Origin: a virus
Lineage: Duplodnaviria; Caudoviricetes
Direction: 5' to 3' (one strand)
DNA: 25,883 nt
IMG/VR virus record: IMGVR_UViG_3300030376_001951
Coordinates: 1-25,883 of that record
The notes below the pieces were generated by a model that saw only the letters and a program-made list of their open reading frames with translations, did no database searches and was not told where the DNA came from. The position numbers and the translations under genes are program-made. Shown piece after piece: positions 1-9,409 of the stretch; position 1 is the stretch's first letter; every line of letters starts with the position of its first letter.

Positions 1-1
1 A

Positions 2-901
2 ATACCTTGCGTAGTATTAGAGCTTAACAAAGAAGAAGAAAGAGAATTGAATATAAGACTTAATAAAAGTGGTGGTGAATGGGATTTTGATTTACTAAGC
101 AATTTTGAAATAGAAGAACTGAAAGATTGGGGTTTTAAAGAAATAGAGTTAGGACTTAATATAGATAAGATAGTTGAAGGCAATACAGAAGATGACCATA
201 TTCCAGAAGTAAAAGAAAGCAGAGTCAAACTTGGTGATGTTTGGGAACTTGGAAAACACAGATTAATGTGCGGTGATAGCACAAGTGATGTTGCTAAACT
301 AATGAATGGAGAAAAAGCAGAATTATTATTTACTGATCCGCCTTATGGAATTTCAGTTGTATCAAAAAAAGGAAATATAGGAAAAGGGGTCTTAGCAAAA
401 GAAGGAACATATAGAGAAGTTTTAGGTGATAATAAATTTTTTGATCCTACATTTTTATTAAGTTTATGTGCTAATCAAATTATTTGGGGTGCTAATTATT
501 TTCACAACTTATTACCATTAAACACTAAATGGATAGTTTGGGACAAAGATCGTCCAGAAGGAACAACTTTTTCAGATTGTGAATTAGCGTGGACAAGTAT
601 AAAAGGTGTTGCAGTTAAAAAATATAAATGCACTTGGAACGGAATGGTAAGAGAAGGGGAAAGTGAAAAAAGAATACACCCAACACAAAAACCTTTAAAA
701 ATATGCAAAGAAATACTAAATGATTATTCTAAAAAAAATGATAAAATTTTAGATTTGTTTCTTGGTAGTGGTTCAACATTAATAGCTTGTGAAAAAACAA
801 ATAGAGTTTGTTATGGTATGGAATTAGATACAAAGTATTGTGATGTAATTATTGAAAGATGGGAACAGTTTACTAACCAAAAAGCAAAGAAATGTGGGTA
901 A
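2..901 (+). CDS. DNA N6-adenine/N4-cytosine methyltransferase (beta class), probably with an N-terminal ParB-like domain; 5'-truncated by the window edge
   Basis: The frame is open from position 2 (IPCVVLELNKEEERELNIRLNKSGGEWD, typical of the end of a ParB-like domain). It contains LGKHRLMCGDS, catalytic FTDPPYG, HPTQKP and SAM-binding DLFLGSGST, in motif IV then motif I order. Confidence 0.9.
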   Translation: MPCVVLELNKEEERELNIRLNKSGGEWDFDLLSNFEIEELKDWGFKEIELGLNIDKIVEGNTEDDHIPEVKESRVKLGDVWELGKHRLMCGDSTSDVAKLMNGEKAELLFTDPPYGISVVSKKGNIGKGVLAKEGTYREVLGDNKFFDPTFLLSLCANQIIWGANYFHNLLPLNTKWIVWDKDRPEGTTFSDCELAWTSIKGVAVKKYKCTWNGMVREGESEKRIHPTQKPLKICKEILNDYSKKNDKILDLFLGSGSTLIACEKTNRVCYGMELDTKYCDVIIERWEQFTNQKAKKCG

Positions 902-1029
902 TAAAAATAGATAGCAAAAAGAAGGTAAAAGAATTTAAAAAGAAAATAAAATCTTTATATGAAAAGAATTTATCTACAAGTAAGGACATACATAATGGTA
1001 AGCATAGACATAATAAAAACAATAGTTAA
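892..1029 (+). CDS. small basic hypothetical protein (45 aa, MWVIKIDSKKKVKEF...)
   Basis: ATG at 892 overlaps the MTase 3' end and TAA is at 1027-1029. It is below the ORF-track cutoff. A competing 31-aa ORF lies at 959..1054. Confidence 0.35.
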   Translation: MWVIKIDSKKKVKEFKKKIKSLYEKNLSTSKDIHNGKHRHNKNNS

Positions 1030-1075
1030 GTCTATATATTATCATTTTAAATAAAACGGAATAAAAACGGACACA

Positions 1076-1402
1076 ATGAATAAATTTCCAAACGAAGCAA
1101 CAAGATTCAGTTCTACTAACCAACCTAAAAAGAATGGAAGACCAAAAGGAAGAAGAAATGTTGCAACAGTATTAAAGGAATTACTATCAACGCAAGACAC
1201 TAATATGGGTGGTGAAGGTGACTTCGGTTCGCCAATAGCTAAGATGTTAATACAAATAGCGTTCCATAAGGATAGTAACAACAATGAAAAGTTAAAAGCA
1301 ATAAAAGAAATTTTAGACAGGATAGAGGGTTTGCCCGATCAAAATGTTAATGTAAGTGCATCCCCCCCTTCTTGGATCAATGAAGATGAAGAAACAAGCT
1401 AA
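1076..1402 (+). CDS. terS: putative terminase small subunit
   Basis: N-terminal TRFSSTNQPKKNGRPKG motif of the kind seen in TerS-like proteins, AIKEILDRIEG helix, and overlap with the start of terL. Confidence 0.75.
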   Translation: MNKFPNEATRFSSTNQPKKNGRPKGRRNVATVLKELLSTQDTNMGGEGDFGSPIAKMLIQIAFHKDSNNNEKLKAIKEILDRIEGLPDQNVNVSASPPSWINEDEETS

Positions 1403-2555
1403 ACCATATTATGATTTAAAACAATCTAAAAAAAGATTATGCGTTTTGCAGGGGGGAACAAGGTCAGGAAAAACATATTCTATTTTGTTAGGATTGATTG
1501 AATTTGCTTATAAAAACAAAGGTAAAGGACTTTATATTACAATAGCACGAAAAACCATGCCGTCATTAAGAGGAACGGCAATGCGTGATTTCTTTGATAT
1601 TCTTAAAAAAGAAAATCTATACAACGAAGCACATCACAATAAATCTAATCACTTATATTCATTATATGGCAATTACTTTGAGTTTATAAGCGTTGACCAA
1701 CCTGCAAGAGTTCGAGGGCGTAAACGTGATATTCTGTTTCTTAACGAATGCAATGAGTTTGGTTTTGAGGAATATACACAATTGGCATTAAGAACTACTT
1801 TTAAAATAATTATTGACTTTAATCCATCAGACGAATATCATTGGTTATACACGCAGATAATTGATGCAAATAGAAGTGATGTCGATTTTCATATATCAAC
1901 ATATAAGGACAATCCGTTCTTAGATAAAACAACAATATCAGAAATAGAAAGATTAAAAGAAGTAGACAAAAACTTATGGAGGGTTTTTGGTGAAGGTCAG
2001 CGGGGGGTCGCAACCGAAACCATTTTCCCTTCATTTAACATAATTGATAGTATTCCAGATAATGCATCAGAAATAGCATTAGGTTTAGACTTTGGGTTTT
2101 CTGCAGATCCAACATCATTAGTTAAAATATACAAACACGATTTAGATTTATATATTGATGAACTGATTTATGAAAAGGGTTTGACTAATCAAGATATTGC
2201 ACATAAAATTAAAGACCTAGGAATAGACAGAAGTATTGAAATATATGCAGATAGTGCAGAGCCGAAGTCAATAGAAGAAATTTTCAGAATGGGGGGTATT
2301 AATATCAAACCTGCAAAAAAGGGCGCAGATTCTATTCGCATTGGAATTGATGTTTTAAAAAGACATAAGCTGAATATAACAAAGCGAAGCGTTAACGCAA
2401 TAAAGGAATTTAGGAATTATAAGTGGATCAAAAACAAGAACAACGAAATAACAAACAAACCGATAGATGCTTTTAACCATGCGATCGATAGTGTTCGTTA
2501 CGTAGCATTAAATAAGCTGATGGTGTCTTATTCTGGGAAGTATTATATTTCGTAA
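1380..2555 (+). CDS. terL: terminase large subunit (PBSX/SPP1-like)
   Basis: Walker A QGGTRSGKT, Walker B LFLNECNE, coupling motif DFNP, nuclease motifs GLDFGFSADPT, YADSAEP and NHAIDSVRY. ATG at 1380 or 1386 is more likely than the GTG at 1356. Confidence 0.95.
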   Translation: MKMKKQAKPYYDLKQSKKRLCVLQGGTRSGKTYSILLGLIEFAYKNKGKGLYITIARKTMPSLRGTAMRDFFDILKKENLYNEAHHNKSNHLYSLYGNYFEFISVDQPARVRGRKRDILFLNECNEFGFEEYTQLALRTTFKIIIDFNPSDEYHWLYTQIIDANRSDVDFHISTYKDNPFLDKTTISEIERLKEVDKNLWRVFGEGQRGVATETIFPSFNIIDSIPDNASEIALGLDFGFSADPTSLVKIYKHDLDLYIDELIYEKGLTNQDIAHKIKDLGIDRSIEIYADSAEPKSIEEIFRMGGINIKPAKKGADSIRIGIDVLKRHKLNITKRSVNAIKEFRNYKWIKNKNNEITNKPIDAFNHAIDSVRYVALNKLMVSYSGKYYIS

Positions 2556-2557
2556 AG

Positions 2558-2582
2558 ACAAATAATAACAATTTATATTTAT
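2558..2582 (+). promoter_or_regulatory. conserved intergenic motif copy 1, ACAA-N10-TTTATATTTAT (putative late promoter)
   Basis: ACAA at 2558-2561, 10-nt spacer, TTTATATTTAT at 2572-2582, ATG at 2588. The same architecture occurs at three other gaps. Confidence 0.7.
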
Positions 2583-2587
2583 TAGTA

Positions 2588-3169
2588 ATGAAAGAGGTTA
2601 AATTAACAATACCAGATAGGTGGTCTGACATAACGATTCAAACCTATCAAAAATATGTAGAAATACAGGAAGGCAAAGGAAGTGAGAAAAACAAGGTCAT
2701 AAAGAGTTTAGCGTTATTATGTAATGTTAGCCCTTTTATAGTTAAAAAGATGGCGTATAAAGACCTATTAGAGATAATAGCAACAATTAAAAAAATGATT
2801 GATACAGAACCAGACAAAGAAGAATTTAGAAAAACATTTATGTTCAAAAAAGAAAAATACGGCTTTTGTCCAAATCTGTCTGGAATAACAACAGGCGAAT
2901 ATATTGATCTTGAAACATATTGTAAAAACCCAATTGAAAATTTGCATATTATAATGTCTATTTTGTATCGTAAGGTCACATTCGAAAGAAGCGAAAGATA
3001 CACGATTGAAAGTTACAATCCAGATGAGTTTAAAGAAGAATTATTTAAGGATTGCCCTATGGATATAGCATTGAGTTCGCTAGGTTTTTTTTTGACTTTA
3101 GGAGAAAGATTGGCGAGGACTTCGCGCAGCTTTTTAGTCAATCAGGAAATGAAACAACAAAAGGCGTAA
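2588..3169 (+). CDS. putative tail assembly chaperone (gpG-like)
   Basis: 193 aa with a T9 slippery run near the 3' end (3085-3093) and an overlapping -1 ORF. It sits at the head of the tail genes. Confidence 0.65.
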   Translation: MKEVKLTIPDRWSDITIQTYQKYVEIQEGKGSEKNKVIKSLALLCNVSPFIVKKMAYKDLLEIIATIKKMIDTEPDKEEFRKTFMFKKEKYGFCPNLSGITTGEYIDLETYCKNPIENLHIIMSILYRKVTFERSERYTIESYNPDEFKEELFKDCPMDIALSSLGFFLTLGERLARTSRSFLVNQEMKQQKA

Positions 3170-3333
3170 GTATGCAGAGTAAATGGGGTTGGTATAATGT
3201 AATTTACAGTATGTCAAATTCAATACTTGACATTGAAAAAATAACCAGAATACCGATTTTGGAAACGCTAACTTATTTAGCATTTACACAAGATCACAAT
3301 AATAAACAAAGGAACAATTATGATAACATTTAG
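3085..3333 (+). CDS. -1 frameshift extension of the tail assembly chaperone (gpGT-like)
   Basis: The -1 frame is open across the slippery site: FFFDFRRKIGEDFAQLF...KWGWYNVIY...LTYLAF. It overlaps the next gene start at 3320. Confidence 0.65.
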   Translation, partial: FFFDFRRKIGEDFAQLFSQSGNETTKGVSMQSKWGWYNVIYSMSNSILDIEKITRIPILETLTYLAFTQDHNNKQRNNYDNI

Positions 3334-3811
3334 AAATGTAGTCGGGTATTTAGAAAAAATTGCTGAAAAGCATTTTCAAATTTTTAGCTTTCACTCAGGA
3401 CAAATGGATGAAGTAGATTTAAATAAGCTAAACGCAACTGACTTTATTATTCTATATGCAGAGCCTGGCACAGTAGTTGTAGACAAGGGCGTTTTAACTT
3501 ATAATTTTTCTATTTATGTTATGGATATGGTAAGCGATCAATTGGGAGCAGAACCAAACAATCAAAGGGTAGGTCGTGTTAATACCTATTCACAAACTTT
3601 AAACATAATGAGGGACGTTATAAGCGAGTTTCATCAAAGTCTTTATTCTGCTTCTTGGGTAGATAATAGCGTTGTTTTAAGCCTTCCTATTAACGCAGAA
3701 CCATTTACGGCAAGATTTGATAATACTTTGACGGGGTGGGCTGCAAATTTAAGTATTCAAGTGCCTAACACTAATGATCTTTGTAATGTTCCAATAGTTC
3801 CAAATAGCTAA
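3320..3811 (+). CDS. putative tail terminator / tail completion protein
   Basis: 163 aa, beta-rich, ending EPFTARFDNTLTGW. Its size and position among tail genes fit. Family assignment is inferred. Confidence 0.5.
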   Translation: MITFRNVVGYLEKIAEKHFQIFSFHSGQMDEVDLNKLNATDFIILYAEPGTVVVDKGVLTYNFSIYVMDMVSDQLGAEPNNQRVGRVNTYSQTLNIMRDVISEFHQSLYSASWVDNSVVLSLPINAEPFTARFDNTLTGWAANLSIQVPNTNDLCNVPIVPNS

Positions 3812-4350
3812 TGCAGTTTAAAAATACCATACAAGCAATGCAAAAACTTGGCGCAAATGTAGTCAAGGAAGGAAGGTCTATTCTAAAAAAGAAGAAAAAG
3901 CAAACAAGTGGAAATACATTATACAATGACTTTGATTATTTAGTAACAGCATCAGATTCTGATGTAACATTAGAGTTTGAATTTGGTGGCGCTGAGGATT
4001 ATTGGCAATTTGTAGATGAAGGTGTTAAAGGTGCAGGAGGGTTTAAAGGTAGTGGAAAAATGCGAGGGCAAGGAAGTCCTTTCAAGTTTTCAACTAAGAT
4101 GCCACCAAGAGGTGCAATTGATAGATGGATTGTTAGAAAGCCATTAAAAGCAGCTAGAAAAAACGGAAAGTTTATTTCAAGAAAAAGTATAGCATTTTTA
4201 ATTCAAAGATCAATATATCAAAGAGGATTAGAAAGAACACAGTTTTTTAGTAAACCATTTACGCAACAATTAAATAAAGAATCAGACGAAATAGTTAAAG
4301 CGTTTGCTGATGACTTAGAATTAGCAATTGATAAAACAATAAAAGATTAA
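3811..4350 (+). CDS. putative neck / tail completion protein (HK97 gp10-like)
   Basis: Basic 179-aa protein with SGNTLYN, YWQFVDEGVKG, PPRGAIDRW and FFSKPF, a pattern typical of virion morphogenesis proteins. TAATG coupling with the upstream gene. Confidence 0.55.
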   Translation: MQFKNTIQAMQKLGANVVKEGRSILKKKKKQTSGNTLYNDFDYLVTASDSDVTLEFEFGGAEDYWQFVDEGVKGAGGFKGSGKMRGQGSPFKFSTKMPPRGAIDRWIVRKPLKAARKNGKFISRKSIAFLIQRSIYQRGLERTQFFSKPFTQQLNKESDEIVKAFADDLELAIDKTIKD

Positions 4351-4353
4351 ATT

Positions 4354-5850
4354 ATGCCTAATATAACATTTGAGCAAGAGCCTGTAAACACGGCAGACAA
4401 AGTGCCTGTAATAACCAATTGGAATCCAATGATTGGTTATATGCTATACTATGACGATATAAGTGGTTTATTTTATTTTAGATTAGTATTAGAAGTTAGA
4501 TTAGATAGTTCAACAGGAACATTGATTGCTAAAATAAAACAAAGAAGAAACGGATATGGTCCTGATAATAATGGCGCAACACAAAGAGCAAGAGCATTTT
4601 TTGATTTAAGAAGCATCGTTAATAGTCAATTAGTTAATACAATAGAAGATCAAAACCAAACAGGAATACCATTTGAAGCTATACATAGATTAGGCGCAAA
4701 TACAGGCGTTACTACTAAAATCTTTAGCGTTAACGGAGATAGCAGAACAGATGAAACACAGATGCAAACTATTTATGTAAAGGGTTATCAACAATCTAGT
4801 GGTGCAGTTGATGCAATACCTGCAGAAGATACCTCTCCAAATGTAGATGATACGCTTATTTATATGGCATCATCTTTGCCTTTATTAACAGCAAGAGATG
4901 ACGATTCTGATTATATACAAGGAACGGCATTCCAACCATATCAAGCGAGTAGTGGAACGGACAGATTTTTAAGTGATGTTGGAATAACAACTGATCCAAC
5001 TTATGGTGTTACAGGATATATAAATTACGTTCAATGGAATGACACAACCAATGTGGGTGACTATCATACTGTAGCATTCTTAAATGATTATAGCAATTTC
5101 ACAAGTGATTTGGATTTTATTATTATCAAATACTATGATGCTAATGGATCGCTTTTAAGCACAGATACTGCAGTTAATAGTTCTGTTTATGGTGGTTGGT
5201 CACCAAGCACATCAGTAGGAATGGAGGATAAGCACAGACTATTATATTTTGGTTGTGGACCAGGAAACCTTGAAGGACAAACTATACCAGGATTAGCCAA
5301 TGCTAAACCTTCTAATGCAGCTAATGATGGTTGGGCGTATTACAAAATTCAAGGAACAGGCGCAAGTGGTGAATCTGATCCTGCAACCGCTAATTATTAT
5401 TTCATAAAAGAATCAGGAAGTTGCAAAGGCTTTAAAGTTAGAAGATTAGCTTGGCGTAATAGTGTAGGTTGTTATGATTATTTTAATTTTAAAATGAAGT
5501 CTACACAGACAATTGAAGTAACTAGAAATAACTACAATACTATAATGGGTAGATTTAATGCTTCTAAGTGGTATTATAATAACACTATGCGAGGTAAAAA
5601 GACTAGAGAGGTAACAGCAGTTTTAAAAGAAACATTGAACACAGATTGGATGACAGAAGATCAGGCATTTTTATTAGAAAAATTAGTTATGTCAACAGAC
5701 GTTTATATTGTTGAAAATGCAGATACAGAATTCACGCAAGGCGTTATGATTGCAGATTCTTCTATTGTTAAAAAAACCAGAGCAAATGACAAGCTAATAA
5801 AATATACTATTCAGATAGAATACGCAAATAATGTAAATACCAATAGCTAA
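4354..5850 (+). CDS. virion structural protein, putative distal-tail/baseplate component
   Basis: 498 aa. C-terminal LAWRNSVGCYDYFNF...LNTDWM...LVMSTDVY...YTIQIEYAN resembles tail-tip proteins. Coupled to the large tail protein. Confidence 0.55.
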   Translation: MPNITFEQEPVNTADKVPVITNWNPMIGYMLYYDDISGLFYFRLVLEVRLDSSTGTLIAKIKQRRNGYGPDNNGATQRARAFFDLRSIVNSQLVNTIEDQNQTGIPFEAIHRLGANTGVTTKIFSVNGDSRTDETQMQTIYVKGYQQSSGAVDAIPAEDTSPNVDDTLIYMASSLPLLTARDDDSDYIQGTAFQPYQASSGTDRFLSDVGITTDPTYGVTGYINYVQWNDTTNVGDYHTVAFLNDYSNFTSDLDFIIIKYYDANGSLLSTDTAVNSSVYGGWSPSTSVGMEDKHRLLYFGCGPGNLEGQTIPGLANAKPSNAANDGWAYYKIQGTGASGESDPATANYYFIKESGSCKGFKVRRLAWRNSVGCYDYFNFKMKSTQTIEVTRNNYNTIMGRFNASKWYYNNTMRGKKTREVTAVLKETLNTDWMTEDQAFLLEKLVMSTDVYIVENADTEFTQGVMIADSSIVKKTRANDKLIKYTIQIEYANNVNTNS

Positions 5851-8800
5851 TGAAAGTAAGATTAGTAGCATATAGACCAAATACAACTTCTGATACTGCA
5901 GATAGCACCTTTCAGTTAGACCTGCAAGAAGAACCAAACATTGCTTTGAACTTTCAGTTCTCTGATGTTAAAGAACCAGATGCGAGAAAAGGTAGCTATT
6001 CGCAAACATTTAAGTTACCATTTACAGACAACAACCATCAATTCTTTCAGGATTGGTATAATGTAAACATAGACACTTTAGTTTATAATACAAGAACAAA
6101 ATTTGATGCTACTTTATATGTTGGAACTGTGCCACAATTCGAGGGATCATTGCAATTAAAAGCAGTATATCAAAAGGCGCAATGCTATGAAGTTGTATTA
6201 ATGTCTAATACTTCTGATCTTTTTAGCGTAATTGGAGAAAAGAAACTAAGAGATTGTTTACTCAATGATGACGGAACATATAGCACAGAACTCAATCACC
6301 AATACAATGAAACGCAAATGGCGAATTCATGGAATGGTGGAAGTAGTTCTTTTGTAAATTCATCAGGGAACTCTTTAAGAGATACGGCAACTGGTGTTCA
6401 AAAGGTTATGTATCCCTTGTCTGTTACGCAACCTGAGTTCTATTGGGAAGAAGGTTCTAATCAGTTTTTAGACATGACACAGGCAGATATTGCTGATTAT
6501 GGAATTACAGATGCTTTCCCTTATATGGTTAGTTTTTTGCAATTTAGACCTGCAATACAATTAAAAACATTAGTAAAATTTATTTTTGCAAGAGCAGGGT
6601 TTTCTTATACCTCTAGTTTTATTGATGGATCATTTTTTGGCAAAGTTTTTATGACTACAGGAAACCATTTAGGAGAAAGCACATTGCCAACAATAGATAC
6701 TAGTAATGAGGATTTTGCAGGAAACTTAAACGCAGGGAATAGCGTAGGTTGGGGTTATTATGCAGGTGGCAATTTTCCAAATGATGGAACACCTGTTGAC
6801 TTAATTCCCTCATCATTTAAAGCAAACACAGTATGTCCTGATGAAAACCAATTAGGGCAATGGAATACAACTTATCACTATTTCACAAAAACGCACCCAA
6901 CGCAAACACAAATAAGTGCAAGACATAGAATAACACATTCACAACTTGACGATGGAATGCTTCTTGATGTTTATTTAGAAGGTTGGAATACAACCACTAA
7001 TTCACCTATAGAATCACAGGTTTGGGATCAGGTTATTGGGGTAGAAATAGGTTCTTCAAATCAGATGTATACTCATTATTTAGACATAACAAATATGCCT
7101 ATAAATTATTCCTGCAGAATAATGTTGAGACCAAGAAATTGCAGTGAAATAGGATCAGGTGTAACTTTTATAAGAATGGGCGCACAAACAAGTCCTAGTA
7201 TAATTTGTGGTGGATCAAATTTATATAGTAGAGTTCAGGTTGTTTGGGATAATTATTCTTTAGGTTTATATGATGGAGTAGTTAATATGCCTATGTGTAT
7301 TGATCCAGATATAACGCAAAAAGACTTTTTAAAAGATATTATTCAAAGATTTAATCTGGTGGTGTTATCTGATCCAGACGATTCGTCAAACTTGATTATA
7401 GAACCCTACAACGATTATTTGGCTGATAGCAGTATTAAGGATTGGACAAAAAAATTAGATCTTTCAAAAGAGGTTATTGTAAAAGACACTACTTCATTAC
7501 AGAAAAAAAGTGTTCATTTTACAGACTTAGAAGATGAAGATGTAGCAAACAAATCATTTAAAGAAAAATATCCACAGATCAACGTATATGGTCACGCTAA
7601 AATTGAGGTTACAAATAATCAATTTGCAACAGGAGAATTAAAAAATGATCCAATTTTTAGTCCTTATATAAATCAAAAAGTTTATGTTAATGAGCAACAA
7701 TGGTTAGAACCCTATTCGGTCAATATGGTTGTTCAATATGAATATAGCTACAATAGAAATGAAGATGGTGACAAAATTCCTGTTACAAGTTCTGAAACAG
7801 AACCAAAATTATTTTGGTATAATGGATTAGCAACAACAGTCAAAGATGCAGCAGACAATACATTGACTTATAATATGCACCATCAGCCTGTTGTTGGTCA
7901 AGCAATAAACGCATTTAGTTTTACTACATATCCTGTATGCACACCCTATGATATAACACCTGCTTCTGATTCTTATACATTAGGACCAACAAACAAGAGT
8001 CTTTATTGGTGGGCGAACCCTCCAATTACTCAATCAGATATTTTTAATTATAGTGCAGGTAATGGAACGTGGTCAAACAATACATTGTATGGTCTTTATT
8101 GGAAAGCCTATTTAGACAATATTTATAGCACAGATGCACGTATTATGGAATGCCACTTGAATTTAAGCGAAGTGGATATTTTTAATTTTAAATTCAATGA
8201 TGAGATTTTTATAAAAGAAACATATTGGAGAATCTTAGAAATATCCAATTATCAAGTTGGACAATTAGCATCAACAAAAGTAAAATTATTAAAAGTTGTT
8301 GATTCTCTGAATAATTGCGCAGATTGTAATTATGTGCCTGGCTTTATTAATGGATCAAACATTTGGAACGATATGTATTTTTTATGGTGTCCAGAGGGAA
8401 CGCCTAATTGCACCCCAACAATTCCAACAGGGTTATATACTGATCCTGCCTGTTGCGAATGTCAAGGCGGTGAAGTCTATACTACAGGAACTTACACGGC
8501 TTGTCTTTTGGCAGGAAGTTTACCTTTAGTTGTTCAAGATCAAGTTAAATTAACTAGCATACTAGGTCAAGGAACATTGCGAAACGTTGTTTCTGATGCT
8601 TTAGGTGGATTAAATAAACCACTCATAAGGGGAATTGACAATAACAAATACAGTAGAAATATCTTGCCTTCTTTTGGTGATGATATGATGATTAAATACA
8701 AGAGCAAAAGAAAAACAATTCCACAATTACAAGGAGAGTCTCATAAGTTTGTATTAACAGGAAACACTGATGGAAATACTCGAAGTTATGCTTATCCAGA

Positions 8801-9242
8801 AGGATCAGAAAATAGTAGACCTTTAAAAATTCCCAAAAACACGAATTGCGTAATTAGAGTTAAAGGAATTGCAACAGTAATTGGTGGAACAAGTTCAACA
8901 CACCCATTAGGAACAACAGAAGGTTTTGCATATCACACAGGTTTTAAAAACACAATTGCAGGTTCTACTCAATTAGGTGTCGCAGGTGGTGTGAGTGATT
9001 TTACTTTACGAGATGGTTCTATTCCTGCAGGTTGCACATTATATATTGACATGAATAATGATGTTTTAAGATTTGGGTTAGATGACAGTCAAACAGACAC
9101 AAAAAGAATATGGCAATTAAGCGTTGAACTAGACATTAACGAAGTGCCTTATTTTTCATCAGCTTATGACGAAAATTATGCCATATATCAAAACGCAGAA
9201 TATATACTATTTGAAAACCGAAAAATTTTAATATGGAACTAA
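5850..9242 (+). CDS. large tail tip / baseplate hub-like protein
   Basis: 1130 aa. N-terminal LDL..IALNFQFSDVKEP..KGSYSQTFKLPFT, central QKDFLKDIIQRFNLV..LIIEPY..DWTKKLD, FKFNDEIFI, then a Cys-rich linker and a C-terminal beta domain. Confidence 0.65.
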   Translation: MKVRLVAYRPNTTSDTADSTFQLDLQEEPNIALNFQFSDVKEPDARKGSYSQTFKLPFTDNNHQFFQDWYNVNIDTLVYNTRTKFDATLYVGTVPQFEGSLQLKAVYQKAQCYEVVLMSNTSDLFSVIGEKKLRDCLLNDDGTYSTELNHQYNETQMANSWNGGSSSFVNSSGNSLRDTATGVQKVMYPLSVTQPEFYWEEGSNQFLDMTQADIADYGITDAFPYMVSFLQFRPAIQLKTLVKFIFARAGFSYTSSFIDGSFFGKVFMTTGNHLGESTLPTIDTSNEDFAGNLNAGNSVGWGYYAGGNFPNDGTPVDLIPSSFKANTVCPDENQLGQWNTTYHYFTKTHPTQTQISARHRITHSQLDDGMLLDVYLEGWNTTTNSPIESQVWDQVIGVEIGSSNQMYTHYLDITNMPINYSCRIMLRPRNCSEIGSGVTFIRMGAQTSPSIICGGSNLYSRVQVVWDNYSLGLYDGVVNMPMCIDPDITQKDFLKDIIQRFNLVVLSDPDDSSNLIIEPYNDYLADSSIKDWTKKLDLSKEVIVKDTTSLQKKSVHFTDLEDEDVANKSFKEKYPQINVYGHAKIEVTNNQFATGELKNDPIFSPYINQKVYVNEQQWLEPYSVNMVVQYEYSYNRNEDGDKIPVTSSETEPKLFWYNGLATTVKDAADNTLTYNMHHQPVVGQAINAFSFTTYPVCTPYDITPASDSYTLGPTNKSLYWWANPPITQSDIFNYSAGNGTWSNNTLYGLYWKAYLDNIYSTDARIMECHLNLSEVDIFNFKFNDEIFIKETYWRILEISNYQVGQLASTKVKLLKVVDSLNNCADCNYVPGFINGSNIWNDMYFLWCPEGTPNCTPTIPTGLYTDPACCECQGGEVYTTGTYTACLLAGSLPLVVQDQVKLTSILGQGTLRNVVSDALGGLNKPLIRGIDNNKYSRNILPSFGDDMMIKYKSKRKTIPQLQGESHKFVLTGNTDGNTRSYAYPEGSENSRPLKIPKNTNCVIRVKGIATVIGGTSSTHPLGTTEGFAYHTGFKNTIAGSTQLGVAGGVSDFTLRDGSIPAGCTLYIDMNNDVLRFGLDDSQTDTKRIWQLSVELDINEVPYFSSAYDENYAIYQNAEYILFENRKILIWN

Positions 9243-9409
9243 AAAAATATATACAAGCAACATCAGATTTAATTATTCCAAGCATTGATCATTTACAATT
9301 GGTAGATTACAAAGACAAAGAATTGGACTTTGCTTATGGAATGCAAGAATACCACACAAGTTTTAGAAGAATGTTTAAAGAAATAATTAGAATACTATGG
9401 CGGAGGTAA
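9233..9409 (+). CDS. small hypothetical protein (58 aa, MELKKYIQATSDLIIP...IIRILWRR)
   Basis: Fills the gap between the tail tip and tape measure genes, overlapping both. It is absent from the ORF track because it is under 60 aa. Confidence 0.65.
   Translation: MELKKYIQATSDLIIPSIDHLQLVDYKDKELDFAYGMQEYHTSFRRMFKEIIRILWRR

Noticed and set aside
1516-1541. Near-match to the late motif inside terL (ACAA-N11-TTTATATTAC), and TTTATATTTTT at 19162
   Set aside because: The spacing is wrong or ACAA is missing, and both are intragenic.
3052-3084. Track start at 3052 for the 93-aa ORF
   Set aside because: It is a non-ATG start deep inside the upstream gene. Entry by -1 frameshift at 3085-3093 explains the ORF better.
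8332-8529. 65-aa alternate-frame ORF inside the tail tip gene (similarly 20466-20657)
   Set aside because: It is nested in a strong gene and has no lipobox or motif. It is probably a by-product of local composition.
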